A stretch of 33,869 bases of DNA from a virus (lineage: Duplodnaviria > Caudoviricetes), in the IMG/VR virus record IMGVR_UViG_3300025018_000361, positions 1-33,869 of that record. One strand, 5' to 3'. Shown piece after piece: positions 7,250 to 16,538 of this stretch. The notes beneath the pieces are model-generated. The model was not told the DNA's origin, did no database searches, and saw only the letters and a list, made by a program, of their open reading frames with translations. A program made the translations under genes and the position numbers. The stretch's first letter is position 1, and the number at the start of each line of letters is the position of its first letter.

Positions 7250-8723
7250 TCGGTATGGTGCCGTAAAGGCAAGACAATACCTTCAAAACTACTATTCAAA
7301 ACCTGAAAACTTTTGGGACTTTGCTTCCCTATTTTCTCATTTGATGGGTGATGCGGTCCCAGAATTTCACCGTGAATTGGTTGTTGAGTTGATGAAAGAC
7401 GGTAAATTCGCCGGTGGTGCCCCTCGTGGTGGTGCTAAGTCAACGATTGTTGGTTTGGTATTTTTGGCATGGTTGGCACTCAATGGCCACCGTTGGTTCA
7501 TTCCATACATTTCAGACACGTTTCTTCAGGCAAAGTTGTTGGCAGGTGGTTTGAAAGCAGAACTTGAGAGCAACAGCAAAATAAAATTCATCTATCCGAA
7601 TGCAGTCAGCAAACGTTGGGGTGAAGAAGGCTTCATCATCAATGGTTTGAAACATGAATGCTATATTTTGCCACTTGGTGCCGGAATGAAAATTCGTGGT
7701 TTGAAGTTCAAAAATCACCGTCCAGATCAAGTGATCATTGACGATCTTGAAAACATGGAAGTGGTGTATTCAAAAGAACGCCGAATGAAACTTCAAAAAT
7801 GGTTTGATTATGACCTTGAACCGGCAATGGACCGTTACAGCAAAAACATTGTCTACATCGGGACCATCCTTCACTATCATTCGCTTTTGAAACAGGTTCT
7901 TGAGAAATCAGGCAAATATAGTGGTTGGCGAACTCGTTTGTGGAAGGCTATCAACGAAGACGGTGAATCATTCTGGCCAAGCCGTTTTTCAATTGACTAC
8001 CTCAAGGCAATGCGTGATGACCCAAATCACCCAGATTATGTTGGATCGATCGTTTTTGCACAAGAAATGCAGAATGAACCCCAAGATGACAAGGACCGTA
8101 TCATCAAAACTGATTGGATTCGTGAATACACACTTCGTGAAAAATGGATCAGCTTGGTGGCCAACACTGATCAGGAACGCATGTGGAAATGGTTGGATAC
8201 TCTTGAGCGTGAAGGTGCCGTTGACCCTGCTATCAGTGAAAAAGAGTCAGCCGACTTCTTTTCAATGTATATCGCCGGTTTTGAAGAATCATCGGCAAAT
8301 GAGTACATGCTTGATCTTCACCATGACAAAATTCCCGACATCAATGATCAAGTCACATTGATTTGCGACAAAATCGAGGAATGGCGATTGACCAAAATTG
8401 GTATTGAATCAGTTGCATACCAAAGTGGACTGTACAAATTGGTTCGAAAGGAATTGAATAGAAGAAGGGTGTTTTATTGCACAGTGGTACCTATCAAAAC
8501 TGACAAAGACAAGATCAGAAGGGCCAGAATCCATTCATCAGCCTTTGAGGCAGGGCAAGTTTGGCTTCGCAGTGATCACCAAAAATGTGCTACCATAAAA
8601 GATGAAATCTTTGAGTTCCCACTAGGGGCACATGACGACGCTTTCGACAGTTTGATGTTGTACCGAGAGCAACGACAAGCAAAGAAATCTAGGGTATACG
8701 ATAGTAACCCTTTGAGAAGGTAG
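7224..8723 (+). CDS. terL: Terminase large subunit
   Basis: Walker A APRGGAKST, IRG...RPD.VIIDDLE, AVDPA, GIESVAYQ, FP.GAHDD..DSL nuclease motifs. Confidence 0.95.
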   Translation: MIEIQKLIDRYGAVKARQYLQNYYSKPENFWDFASLFSHLMGDAVPEFHRELVVELMKDGKFAGGAPRGGAKSTIVGLVFLAWLALNGHRWFIPYISDTFLQAKLLAGGLKAELESNSKIKFIYPNAVSKRWGEEGFIINGLKHECYILPLGAGMKIRGLKFKNHRPDQVIIDDLENMEVVYSKERRMKLQKWFDYDLEPAMDRYSKNIVYIGTILHYHSLLKQVLEKSGKYSGWRTRLWKAINEDGESFWPSRFSIDYLKAMRDDPNHPDYVGSIVFAQEMQNEPQDDKDRIIKTDWIREYTLREKWISLVANTDQERMWKWLDTLEREGAVDPAISEKESADFFSMYIAGFEESSANEYMLDLHHDKIPDINDQVTLICDKIEEWRLTKIGIESVAYQSGLYKLVRKELNRRRVFYCTVVPIKTDKDKIRRARIHSSAFEAGQVWLRSDHQKCATIKDEIFEFPLGAHDDAFDSLMLYREQRQAKKSRVYDSNPLRR

Positions 8724-8745
8724 AAAAAGAAGGCATAATAGAGGC

Positions 8746-10194
8746 ATGTCAAAGTATCCATCAAACGAATTATCAAATAGAATTTCCCAATATAATCTGT
8801 ACGAAAAGATTTTCTTGGGGGAACATTTTGATGCGTTCAAACAGATTTCACCAAAAGAGGTGTCCCAAGCCTATTCGAACCTTCGATATGTGGCCTGTAA
8901 TTTTGGCAAGATGATGTCGATGTTGTCGGCAGACATGCTTTTTGAAGAATTTCCAAAGATCACTTATGAGGGCAAGACAAGTGATTTCCACGACGCAATG
9001 ATGCAGTCGAATAATTTCCATATTCAGTTGTATGAATCAGGTGCAGAACAATCATATTTTGGTGATGTTGTGCTTCGTATGAGGGCCAAGAACGGCCAGA
9101 TCATCCTTGAGGACGTACAGCCCCACAGTTATGATGTCGAAGTCAACCCGATGAACGTTCGTGCAGAGCCAACAGCCCACATTTTTCAGTGGAAAGTCAC
9201 ACTTCCTATTTCAAACGGTAGGAAAAACGAAGCATTGTTCAAAGAAATTCACCGCAAAGGCTCAATCGAATATGAACTTTGGCAACTAGACAATGGTGAA
9301 ATGTCAATCAAGCTGAATGTTGGTGACTACTTCAAAACTGATGATGGGAAGCCACATCCAGAGGTTGTGAAAACAAACATTGATGATTTCTTGGTGGTCC
9401 ATATCCCCAACTATCGAACAAACACCCGAATTTGGGGCATTTCAGACTATAAAGATTTGATCAACTTATTTTTTGCCATCAATAACCGAATGACCCGTGT
9501 TGATAACATTCTTGATGCACATGGTGAGCCTATTTTGGCCGTTCCAGATGGTGTTCTTGATGACGAAGGCAAGGTCCGACGTGAAGCCTTTGGTGTGATT
9601 GAGGTCAACAACATGGAAGCCGGTGGTCAGATGCCACAATACATTGTTTGGGATGCAAAACTTGAATCAGCTTTTGACGAAATTGACCGATTGGTTGATT
9701 TCTTGTTCATGTTCTCTGATATGTCCCCTTCCCTATTTGGTCGGGACAAAGACGGTCAGGCAGAATCAGGACGTGCATTGAAGTATCGATTGCTTCGAAC
9801 TTTGGCAAAAAAACACCGCAAAGAACTGTATTATGATGCTAATTTGAAGCGTTTCTTGACTACTGCCCAGAAGTTTGCACTTGCCAATGGTTTATCAGCC
9901 AATGGGATCAAGATGACTGGCAAAGTAGTTGAGCCAACAATCAAGTGGCAGGACGGTATCATCAATGATGCACTCGAACAGATCGAAATTGAGGAACGAA
10001 AACTTGATTCAGGTTTGACAACGAAGGCCGAATCCATCGCAGTCCTTGACGGCATCACCGAGGATGAAGCCCAAGTGAAATTGGAAAAAGTGAAAAAAGA
10101 ACAGGCTGAAAACAAGCCAACTTTCACAGCAAGTCCAGTTTTCGGTGGTAGTAATAATGACTCAAGTGGTGCCGGTGAAAATGACCAACAATGA
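8746..10194 (+). CDS. Portal protein (SPP1 gp6-like)
   Basis: Follows TerL; 482 aa; HIPN...WGISD, AESGRALK motifs. Confidence 0.9.
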   Translation: MSKYPSNELSNRISQYNLYEKIFLGEHFDAFKQISPKEVSQAYSNLRYVACNFGKMMSMLSADMLFEEFPKITYEGKTSDFHDAMMQSNNFHIQLYESGAEQSYFGDVVLRMRAKNGQIILEDVQPHSYDVEVNPMNVRAEPTAHIFQWKVTLPISNGRKNEALFKEIHRKGSIEYELWQLDNGEMSIKLNVGDYFKTDDGKPHPEVVKTNIDDFLVVHIPNYRTNTRIWGISDYKDLINLFFAINNRMTRVDNILDAHGEPILAVPDGVLDDEGKVRREAFGVIEVNNMEAGGQMPQYIVWDAKLESAFDEIDRLVDFLFMFSDMSPSLFGRDKDGQAESGRALKYRLLRTLAKKHRKELYYDANLKRFLTTAQKFALANGLSANGIKMTGKVVEPTIKWQDGIINDALEQIEIEERKLDSGLTTKAESIAVLDGITEDEAQVKLEKVKKEQAENKPTFTASPVFGGSNNDSSGAGENDQQ

Positions 10195-11798
10195 GGCCCG
10201 AAGGCGTAGTCCAATCAGATGGTTCCGTGAAGCGGTTCTATTCAATTTTGCAGTCCGCATATAGCGAAATCACTGCCGAGTTGAACGGGGCCAATCTTAC
10301 TACTGCCACAAAACGTCGTGGTCAGCAGAAACAAATTGAACAAATCATTTCCCAAGCAGACAAAGACATTCAGGATTGGATCAAAATTGAGATTCCATCA
10401 CAGTATGAACAAGGTTTGTTTGACACTCTTTCAGATCTGAATCAGCGTGGTGACGAAGTTCGGATCAAGTCATCGTTTGTTGGTTTCCACAAAGAAGCCA
10501 TTGAAGCCATTGCACAAGACATGTATGCCAGTGCTAGTGACGGTTTGTCCGGCGTTGCAAGGTCAGCAGATAGAATCATCAGTTCTTCGGCAAGGGAAGC
10601 CGTTTTGGAACGTATGGCCAAGGGTCAAATCAAGGGTGATTCGCTTCGAAAGATCACAAAAGGCGTTGCCGGTATTCTCGAACAGGAAGGATTGTCCGCA
10701 ATCACTGACAAGCGTGGTCGACAATGGGACCTGCTTCGTTATGCTGAAATGCTTTCCAGAACAAAATTGACCCAAGCACACAATTCAGGTGTGGCCAATC
10801 GAATGGCTGAATCAGGATATGATCTGGTGATTGTTTCAAATCACTTTGGGTCCTGCCCACAGTGTGCCCCATTTGAATTGAAGGTTTTGTCAGTTACCGG
10901 TCGAAATAGTGGGTACATTTCAGTTCGTGAGGCAGAGAGAAACGGCCTATTTCACCCAAACTGCCGTCATGTATTCAGTCCATACCACAAGACGTATTTG
11001 GACCAAGCAGTTGGTTGGGATGCTAACAAACAGCAGTACAGGGCATTTGGCGACATTCAAAAAGACGTAATTGCCAAAAACAAGCAACTATTGATGGCTT
11101 TCGCAAAGGGTGCCAAATGGGGTGAGATGTTCGCCGATTCAGTGGTTGGTGATGCTTTCGATGTGGTGTTCTCAGATTCAAAGCGTGAATACAAGTATGC
11201 AATGAATGGTTTTGAAAAGTCACTTTCAGACAAACGTGGTTTGGTAACTGGAATCACAAAAAAGAGATCGAACGCCGGAAGCTATACGCCACTCACCAAT
11301 GAAGTGAACCTGAACTTGACCAATATCGAGAAGGTAGAAAAAACACTCGGTGCCAAAGAGGCATCAAAAACTTTCTATCACGAAATGGGCCATTTCATTG
11401 ACTACCAACTCAACGATCGAACAGAAATCAGAAGTGGCATCTATCAATTCAACAAGTTGACCAAGCAAAAAGAAGTCCTTGAAGCGTTGAGAGCAGATGG
11501 CAAAACAGTTGTGTATGAACGGGTTGCCAATTCAATCAAATCGTTTGAGAAGGAACACGGCCTTGAATCAACAGACAGCCTCGAAGATTTGATCAAGTCA
11601 TATTTGAGGGGTGGAAAAATCAGATCGAAAGATGGTCAGAAATACACATCGGTTGGAACAAAGACGGTGAAATATCTTTCAAGTTTCGAAGAAGTTTTTG
11701 CCGATGGGTATGCACAGTATCGATTGGACCCAGAAGGTTTTGCAAAACGTGCCCCACAATTATTCAAAGTATTCAAGGATTTGGAGGGTTCAATATGA
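10191..11798 (+). CDS. Minor head (MuF/minor capsid-type) protein fused to a C-terminal zincin metallopeptidase-like domain
   Basis: DKRGRQW.L..YAEM..RT, CPQC, GLFHPNCRH in the N-half; YHEMGHFID and EEVFADGY in the C-half. Confidence 0.85.
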   Translation: MRPEGVVQSDGSVKRFYSILQSAYSEITAELNGANLTTATKRRGQQKQIEQIISQADKDIQDWIKIEIPSQYEQGLFDTLSDLNQRGDEVRIKSSFVGFHKEAIEAIAQDMYASASDGLSGVARSADRIISSSAREAVLERMAKGQIKGDSLRKITKGVAGILEQEGLSAITDKRGRQWDLLRYAEMLSRTKLTQAHNSGVANRMAESGYDLVIVSNHFGSCPQCAPFELKVLSVTGRNSGYISVREAERNGLFHPNCRHVFSPYHKTYLDQAVGWDANKQQYRAFGDIQKDVIAKNKQLLMAFAKGAKWGEMFADSVVGDAFDVVFSDSKREYKYAMNGFEKSLSDKRGLVTGITKKRSNAGSYTPLTNEVNLNLTNIEKVEKTLGAKEASKTFYHEMGHFIDYQLNDRTEIRSGIYQFNKLTKQKEVLEALRADGKTVVYERVANSIKSFEKEHGLESTDSLEDLIKSYLRGGKIRSKDGQKYTSVGTKTVKYLSSFEEVFADGYAQYRLDPEGFAKRAPQLFKVFKDLEGSI

Positions 11799-12214
11799 AA
11801 TTCATTCAACCAATAGACGTCGAAATGATCGATGAAGATTTTGAGCAGGTCGAAGAACCAACAGGAAGCGTTGATCAAAAAGGGACCACCGGTGACTTTG
11901 AGAAGTACAAAAATGCAATGCTCGATGGTGATGTTGATGCCCTTGAATCGCTACGACTGAAGCACCCAGAAGATGCACGGTTCAACACTCATTTGGAAGT
12001 CATTGAATACCAACCAGAAAACAAACAGTCATTCACAGAAGCCAAAAAAGAACACGAAAAAATGCTTCGTGATATGGATATTGATGGCGTTCCACAGTTC
12101 AGGAAGTTGCTTGATGCTGGAAATAAGAAAAAAGCAATTGAGTACATAAATACTTCAATACGAAAGAATCACCCACTTCGAAATGCGATGATTCGACTGA
12201 CTGATTTCATGTAA
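11795..12214 (+). CDS. Hypothetical protein with acidic N-terminus (candidate immunity/partner of the upstream peptidase domain)
   Basis: ATGA-coupled to the minor head gene; no recognised motif. Confidence 0.6.
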   Translation: MKFIQPIDVEMIDEDFEQVEEPTGSVDQKGTTGDFEKYKNAMLDGDVDALESLRLKHPEDARFNTHLEVIEYQPENKQSFTEAKKEHEKMLRDMDIDGVPQFRKLLDAGNKKKAIEYINTSIRKNHPLRNAMIRLTDFM

Positions 12215-12260
12215 TTTATTCACGCAATAATTGCGAAGATAACCCGAATATACCACTTCA

Positions 12261-12295
12261 ACCCCTCCCCCACCGGTCCGAGAGGGGTATTTTTG
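12261..12295 (+). terminator. Possible intrinsic terminator
   Basis: ACCCCTC/GAGGGGT stem followed by ATTTTTG. Confidence 0.45.
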
Positions 12296-12408
12296 TCAAA
12301 AGTGCCGTTTTCCTCGAGTACGAGAGGGACACCCGAGAGGGTAGGGGAGTGGTCCTTCAGGCTAAAAACAAAAAAAAGTGGCACACATGGGCAGAGTAGG
12401 GGAGTGGT
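12279..12408. repeat. Cluster of G-rich direct repeats in a non-coding gap
   Basis: CGAGAGGG at 12279, 12321, 12334; GTAGGGGAGTGGT at 12341 and 12396. Confidence 0.8.
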
Positions 12409-12475
12409 GATTAGTAAAACAATAAGTATCTCATATAGTAATCAATCAATGCGTTAAGTGAAGCGTAAAAAATAA

Positions 12476-12500
12476 ACTTCAAAGTTTGTTCGAACAAAGT
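12476..12500. promoter_or_regulatory. Palindromic copy of the replication-origin iteron motif
   Basis: TTTGTTCGAACAAA palindrome; reverse complement of 12476-12494 matches 31495-31513 at 18/19. Confidence 0.65.
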
Positions 12501-12514
12501 TTTTTCTGAACCTA

Positions 12515-12543
12515 TTGCAACACACCGATGAACATTGTATTCT
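12515..12543 (+). promoter_or_regulatory. Promoter of the scaffold-capsid operon
   Basis: TTGCAA-17-TATTCT. Confidence 0.6.
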
Positions 12544-12604
12544 GATAGTGTCCTTACAAATAATTCGTGGCGTACCGGCGACAACGGCGAAGCAGAAAGG
12601 CTAT

Positions 12605-13234
12605 ATGGCAGATGATCCAAACAAAAATGATGACAAGAACACCGACAAAGGTGGTGACAAAGGCGAAACAATTCCGAAAGCCAGTTACGATGTTGTAGCT
12701 GAAAAGTTACGCAAAGAAAAAGAAGCCCGTGAACAGGCTGAAGCCAAACTTCAAGAAATTGAAAAGGCAAAACAGGCAGAGGAAGAAGAAAAAGCAAAAA
12801 AGAACGGTGAGTTCGAAAAGTTGCTTGAAGATCAGAAAGCTGAAACCGAAAAACTTCGTGGTCAGTTGAAAGAATCCGCAAAGTCACAGGCCATTGCTAA
12901 AGTCGCATCAGAATTGGGTTCACGTGACCCAGAACTTGTCAAACAGATCATTGCAGGAAAAATCGAAGTGTCAGAGGATGGCACGGTTGATGAAGCAAAG
13001 GTCAAAGAATTGGTCGAAAGTGTAAAAACCGAAAAACCATATTTGTTTGGTGAAGTAGAAAAACCAAGTATCGGAAATGAAGGCGGTGCCCCAAACGGCG
13101 GTCAGCAAGACAAACCAACCTTCAAGCGTTCACAGCTATCCGACACGAAGTTCTATACTGAAAATCGTGATGCCATCCTTGAAGCACAAGGTGCAGGACG
13201 AATTGAGGACGACATAAGCCCTCAGAAAAAATAG
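12605..13234 (+). CDS. Capsid scaffolding protein
   Basis: Acidic flexible N-terminus, long coiled coil, KPYLF motif, directly before MCP; ATG 12605 with GAAAGG RBS. Confidence 0.9.
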   Translation: MADDPNKNDDKNTDKGGDKGETIPKASYDVVAEKLRKEKEAREQAEAKLQEIEKAKQAEEEEKAKKNGEFEKLLEDQKAETEKLRGQLKESAKSQAIAKVASELGSRDPELVKQIIAGKIEVSEDGTVDEAKVKELVESVKTEKPYLFGEVEKPSIGNEGGAPNGGQQDKPTFKRSQLSDTKFYTENRDAILEAQGAGRIEDDISPQKK

Positions 13235-13263
13235 TAAAAAATAATATCTGAAAGGAAAATATC

Positions 13264-14199
13264 ATGGCAGATACCATTCAAAGAGCAGATGTTGTTGAGA
13301 TCACACCAGAAATCATTGCCCAAGAAGCATTGACCGTTCTGGCCACTCAACTTCACCTTGCCAAAAACGTTACTAAAGAGTCAGAACTTGTTGGCCAAGC
13401 AAAAGCAGGTCAATCAGTCAGCAAAGGTGCTACTGTTAGCGTTCCAAAGACAGGTACTTTGGTCGCCAATCAGAAGTCAGCCGGTGTTGCAGTCACTTTG
13501 CAAGATCCTTCAATGGACAAAGTGGACATCACCGTTGATCAGCATTGGGAAGTGACCATCGCCCCTGAAGATTACGCACAGGCAGTGACCGACCGTAACA
13601 TTCAGGACACCTATCTTGGTGACATGATCACAGCTTTGGCCGAGAAGATCGAAACTTCGATCGCCGCTCAATTTGCTAACTTCACCAACAGTCCTATTGA
13701 CGCCACTGGTGCCACCAAAGACACGATGGAAGGGTTCGTTTTACAAGCTCGTAAAGTGATCACCGACAACCGTGCCCCTATGTCTGGCCGATTTGGTTAT
13801 TGGGAAACTGGTGCAGTCAACACCCTCTTGCAAGTTGATCGCTTCACCAAAGTCAGTGACTACGGTGCAAACGTCGCAATCCAAGATGGTGAAGTCGGTA
13901 CGATTCACAGCTTCAAAACCTTTGAATCTATCTTCACACCAGATGACGGTGGTTCCCCTGCTACTTACAGCAACGCCTTGATGCACAGACGTGCCATCTG
14001 TTTGGCAATGCGTCCACTCCCAACCCCTCGTGGTGAAGGTGTGAAGGTAAGTGTCATCACTGATCCCGTCAGTGGATTATCAATGAGAGCCTTGTATAGC
14101 TACAACGCCGATCTGTTAGCTGATCAGCTAACCCTCGACGTCTTGTTCGGTGTCGGTGTACTCCGCCCAGAACTCGGTGTGGTTATTCAAACTCAATAA
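13264..14199 (+). CDS. Major capsid protein (HK97 fold, P22-coat-like family)
   Basis: PEI.AQEAL, G.TV.VP, LA.KIE, DVLFGVGVLRPE C-terminus; position after scaffold. Confidence 0.9.
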   Translation: MADTIQRADVVEITPEIIAQEALTVLATQLHLAKNVTKESELVGQAKAGQSVSKGATVSVPKTGTLVANQKSAGVAVTLQDPSMDKVDITVDQHWEVTIAPEDYAQAVTDRNIQDTYLGDMITALAEKIETSIAAQFANFTNSPIDATGATKDTMEGFVLQARKVITDNRAPMSGRFGYWETGAVNTLLQVDRFTKVSDYGANVAIQDGEVGTIHSFKTFESIFTPDDGGSPATYSNALMHRRAICLAMRPLPTPRGEGVKVSVITDPVSGLSMRALYSYNADLLADQLTLDVLFGVGVLRPELGVVIQTQ

Positions 14200-14222
14200 T
14201 CATTGGTTTGATTCGAAACCAG

Positions 14223-14256
14223 AAGGGGCTTCCAATAGCGGAGGCCCCTTTTTTTT
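14223..14256 (+). terminator. Intrinsic terminator after major capsid gene
   Basis: AAGGGGCTTCC-aatagc-GGAGGCCCCTT plus T-run. Confidence 0.9.
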
Positions 14257-14293
14257 GGTATAAATAATCAATGCAATATGAAAGGATTGAAAA

Positions 14294-15448
14294 ATGAAAC
14301 AATACTTTGTCGATTCAACAGGTGAGGTTCTCGAAATAGAGGTCCCCAACTATACCGCCCTCAACAAACTACGCAAGAAATACCGGATGGCCACAGTCAA
14401 TGAACGTGTGGATTTCATTCATGGCGTCAATCATCGAGAAGAAACCCTTGCCAAAGAAAAACACCTTCATGATATTTTTTACATGGCCCCAACCAAAAAT
14501 GTCGATGGCTATGGCAACAGTTCAGTCAATATCAAGCGTCGAATTGTTGATCGTGGCATCCACCTGAACACCCTGCATCAAGGCCAGAATGTTGGATTGT
14601 GCTATCACCTGCCAAATACTCTTTCACTGGTAAAAACCCCAATCAAGATTTCATACACAATGTTCGAATCAGATCAGTACCCAAAGTTTTGGGAACCGTG
14701 GCTGAAAATGGCTGATCATGTATTGGTGCCCACTCAATTTTGTGCTGATGTTATGGAAAAGAATTTCGGCGTTGTTCCTGAAGTGGTCCCACTTGGGTAT
14801 GACCCTGACTTTTTCTACTTTTTGGACCGTTCAAACAGGCCAGATGGTCACAAATTCACATTCTTGCACTTCGATGCCTTCAAGTGGCGAAAGGGATGGG
14901 ATTTGATTTTTCAGGCTTTCACAGAAGAATTTGACGAAGCAGAGCCGGTCAAATTGGTATTCAAAACGACTTTGGGCATAACACCACCATTCAATCAGTA
15001 CCCAAACATTGAAAAAATCAGTGGGAAATTGCCACAAGAAGAAATGTATGAAGTGCTTCGTGATGCAGACTGTTTTGTGTTCCCTTCCCGTGGTGAAGGT
15101 TTTGGATTGACACCTTTGGAAGCAATGGCGACTGGCCTTCGTGCGATCATCCCAAATCACACTGGAATGGCCACATACTTTGACGATCGATACTGCCATG
15201 GCCTTGAGTTTGAACAGATCAATGCAAAATATGACAATACCGAACTCAGAACGCTTGATTTGGGCCATCAATGGCAACCAACGCTTCATTCACTGAAGAT
15301 GGCAATGAGAGCCGAATTTGAGGACTGGAAGGCCAAGGGAAATCAGTTGGACATGGTTCACAGCAAAGAGGTTTCAGAGTATGCAAAGGGATTCACGATT
15401 GAAAAGACCGTTGACAAATTGGCAGAAGTGTTGAAAAGATTCGCTTGA
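14294..15448 (+). CDS. Glycosyltransferase family 4 (GT-B fold) with ~60-aa N-terminal extension
   Basis: DGYG, TMFES, WRKGWD, FVFPSRGEGFGLTPLEAMATG signature. Confidence 0.92.
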   Translation: MKQYFVDSTGEVLEIEVPNYTALNKLRKKYRMATVNERVDFIHGVNHREETLAKEKHLHDIFYMAPTKNVDGYGNSSVNIKRRIVDRGIHLNTLHQGQNVGLCYHLPNTLSLVKTPIKISYTMFESDQYPKFWEPWLKMADHVLVPTQFCADVMEKNFGVVPEVVPLGYDPDFFYFLDRSNRPDGHKFTFLHFDAFKWRKGWDLIFQAFTEEFDEAEPVKLVFKTTLGITPPFNQYPNIEKISGKLPQEEMYEVLRDADCFVFPSRGEGFGLTPLEAMATGLRAIIPNHTGMATYFDDRYCHGLEFEQINAKYDNTELRTLDLGHQWQPTLHSLKMAMRAEFEDWKAKGNQLDMVHSKEVSEYAKGFTIEKTVDKLAEVLKRFA

Positions 15449-15488
15449 ATATACACGGAAAGCCGGAAATAAGTTATACTGAAAATAT

Positions 15489-16217
15489 ATGTCAGTCACT
15501 ATTATCGCCACCCCAACCCACCCAGATGCAAATTCATATTTGACCGTTGCTGAAGCTGATGCAATGATCACAAACCGGCCAAATACCCAGAATTGGGGTG
15601 ATTTGACTGCTGATCAAAAAGCGTACGCCTTGGTTATGGCTTCAGAACAGATTGATGCCCTTCGTTTCTTTGACGAAAAATACTATAACCAATCCCGTGA
15701 ATACAGACGAAAACAGTCTTTGAGTTTTCCACAACGTTCTTCACAAAGTGCAAAAGTCAAGGTCAACTCGGTTGAAGCAAATGCCGTGGTATGTGGACAA
15801 CTAGCAAACCGAACCAATATGCCAGACGATCATTGGAATGGTGGTGCTTTGGTTGTTTCTGATGGAACCGGCAAGGGGCAGACATACCAAATCAGTGATT
15901 TTGACATGGCCACTGGAAAAGTAACCATTTCAGAGAATTTCGCAACTCAACCAGATTCATTGACTTCATACGTGACTGTCATCATGCCAGTTCCAGACAA
16001 AGTGAAACGTGCAGTGGTTGAACAGGCTTTGTTCATCTCAAGTGGCGGTGGTGAGAGGTCCCAACTTCAAGCTGAAGGCGTCAAGTCATACAGCATTGGC
16101 GATTTGTCAGAAACTTATGGCGACGGTGCTTCATCTGGTGGCGAAATGCCAATTTCAGTTCAGGCAAAAGCACACTTGAAAGGCTTGATCAGTAGAATTG
16201 GAAGGATTTCACGATAA
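15489..16217 (+). CDS. Head-tail adaptor (DnaT-like/ANSY family) with an inserted beta-rich domain
   Basis: ANSYLTVAEAD, Q.L.FP.R, VP..VK.A..EQAL, GVKSYSIGDLSETY. Confidence 0.8.
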   Translation: MSVTIIATPTHPDANSYLTVAEADAMITNRPNTQNWGDLTADQKAYALVMASEQIDALRFFDEKYYNQSREYRRKQSLSFPQRSSQSAKVKVNSVEANAVVCGQLANRTNMPDDHWNGGALVVSDGTGKGQTYQISDFDMATGKVTISENFATQPDSLTSYVTVIMPVPDKVKRAVVEQALFISSGGGERSQLQAEGVKSYSIGDLSETYGDGASSGGEMPISVQAKAHLKGLISRIGRISR

Positions 16218-16537
16218 TGTCAATCACTTCGTACCTCAATCAGACAGCCACAAGATATCCACAATCAACGGTTGATCGATTTGGGAAAATTTCAGTTGGC
16301 ACCGGTGTGGCATTCAAGTGTCGTTCACAGGGCACGAAGTCGAAAGTGATCAATGCTGATGGCCAAGAAGTCACAGCAGACTTGGAAATGTGGGTTGGAC
16401 CGCTTCAGACCGTCAATTCAGGCGATAAAATAGACTTTGAGAGCAAGACATACATCGTCAGCAAAATCATGGATAAACGCAACTTACAAGGTCGAACAAA
16501 CCACAAAAAATTGTTGCTTTTGGAAAACAAAGAATGA
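16217..16537 (+). CDS. Head closure/stopper protein
   Basis: Size, position, DRFG...G.EV...GDKI...Y.V pattern. Confidence 0.7.
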   Translation: MSITSYLNQTATRYPQSTVDRFGKISVGTGVAFKCRSQGTKSKVINADGQEVTADLEMWVGPLQTVNSGDKIDFESKTYIVSKIMDKRNLQGRTNHKKLLLLENKE

Positions 16538-16538
16538 C

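Noticed and set aside
14190-14295. Read-through or frameshift fusing the major capsid protein to the GT4
   Set aside because: TAA is followed by another in-frame stop four codons later, a strong terminator and an independent RBS.
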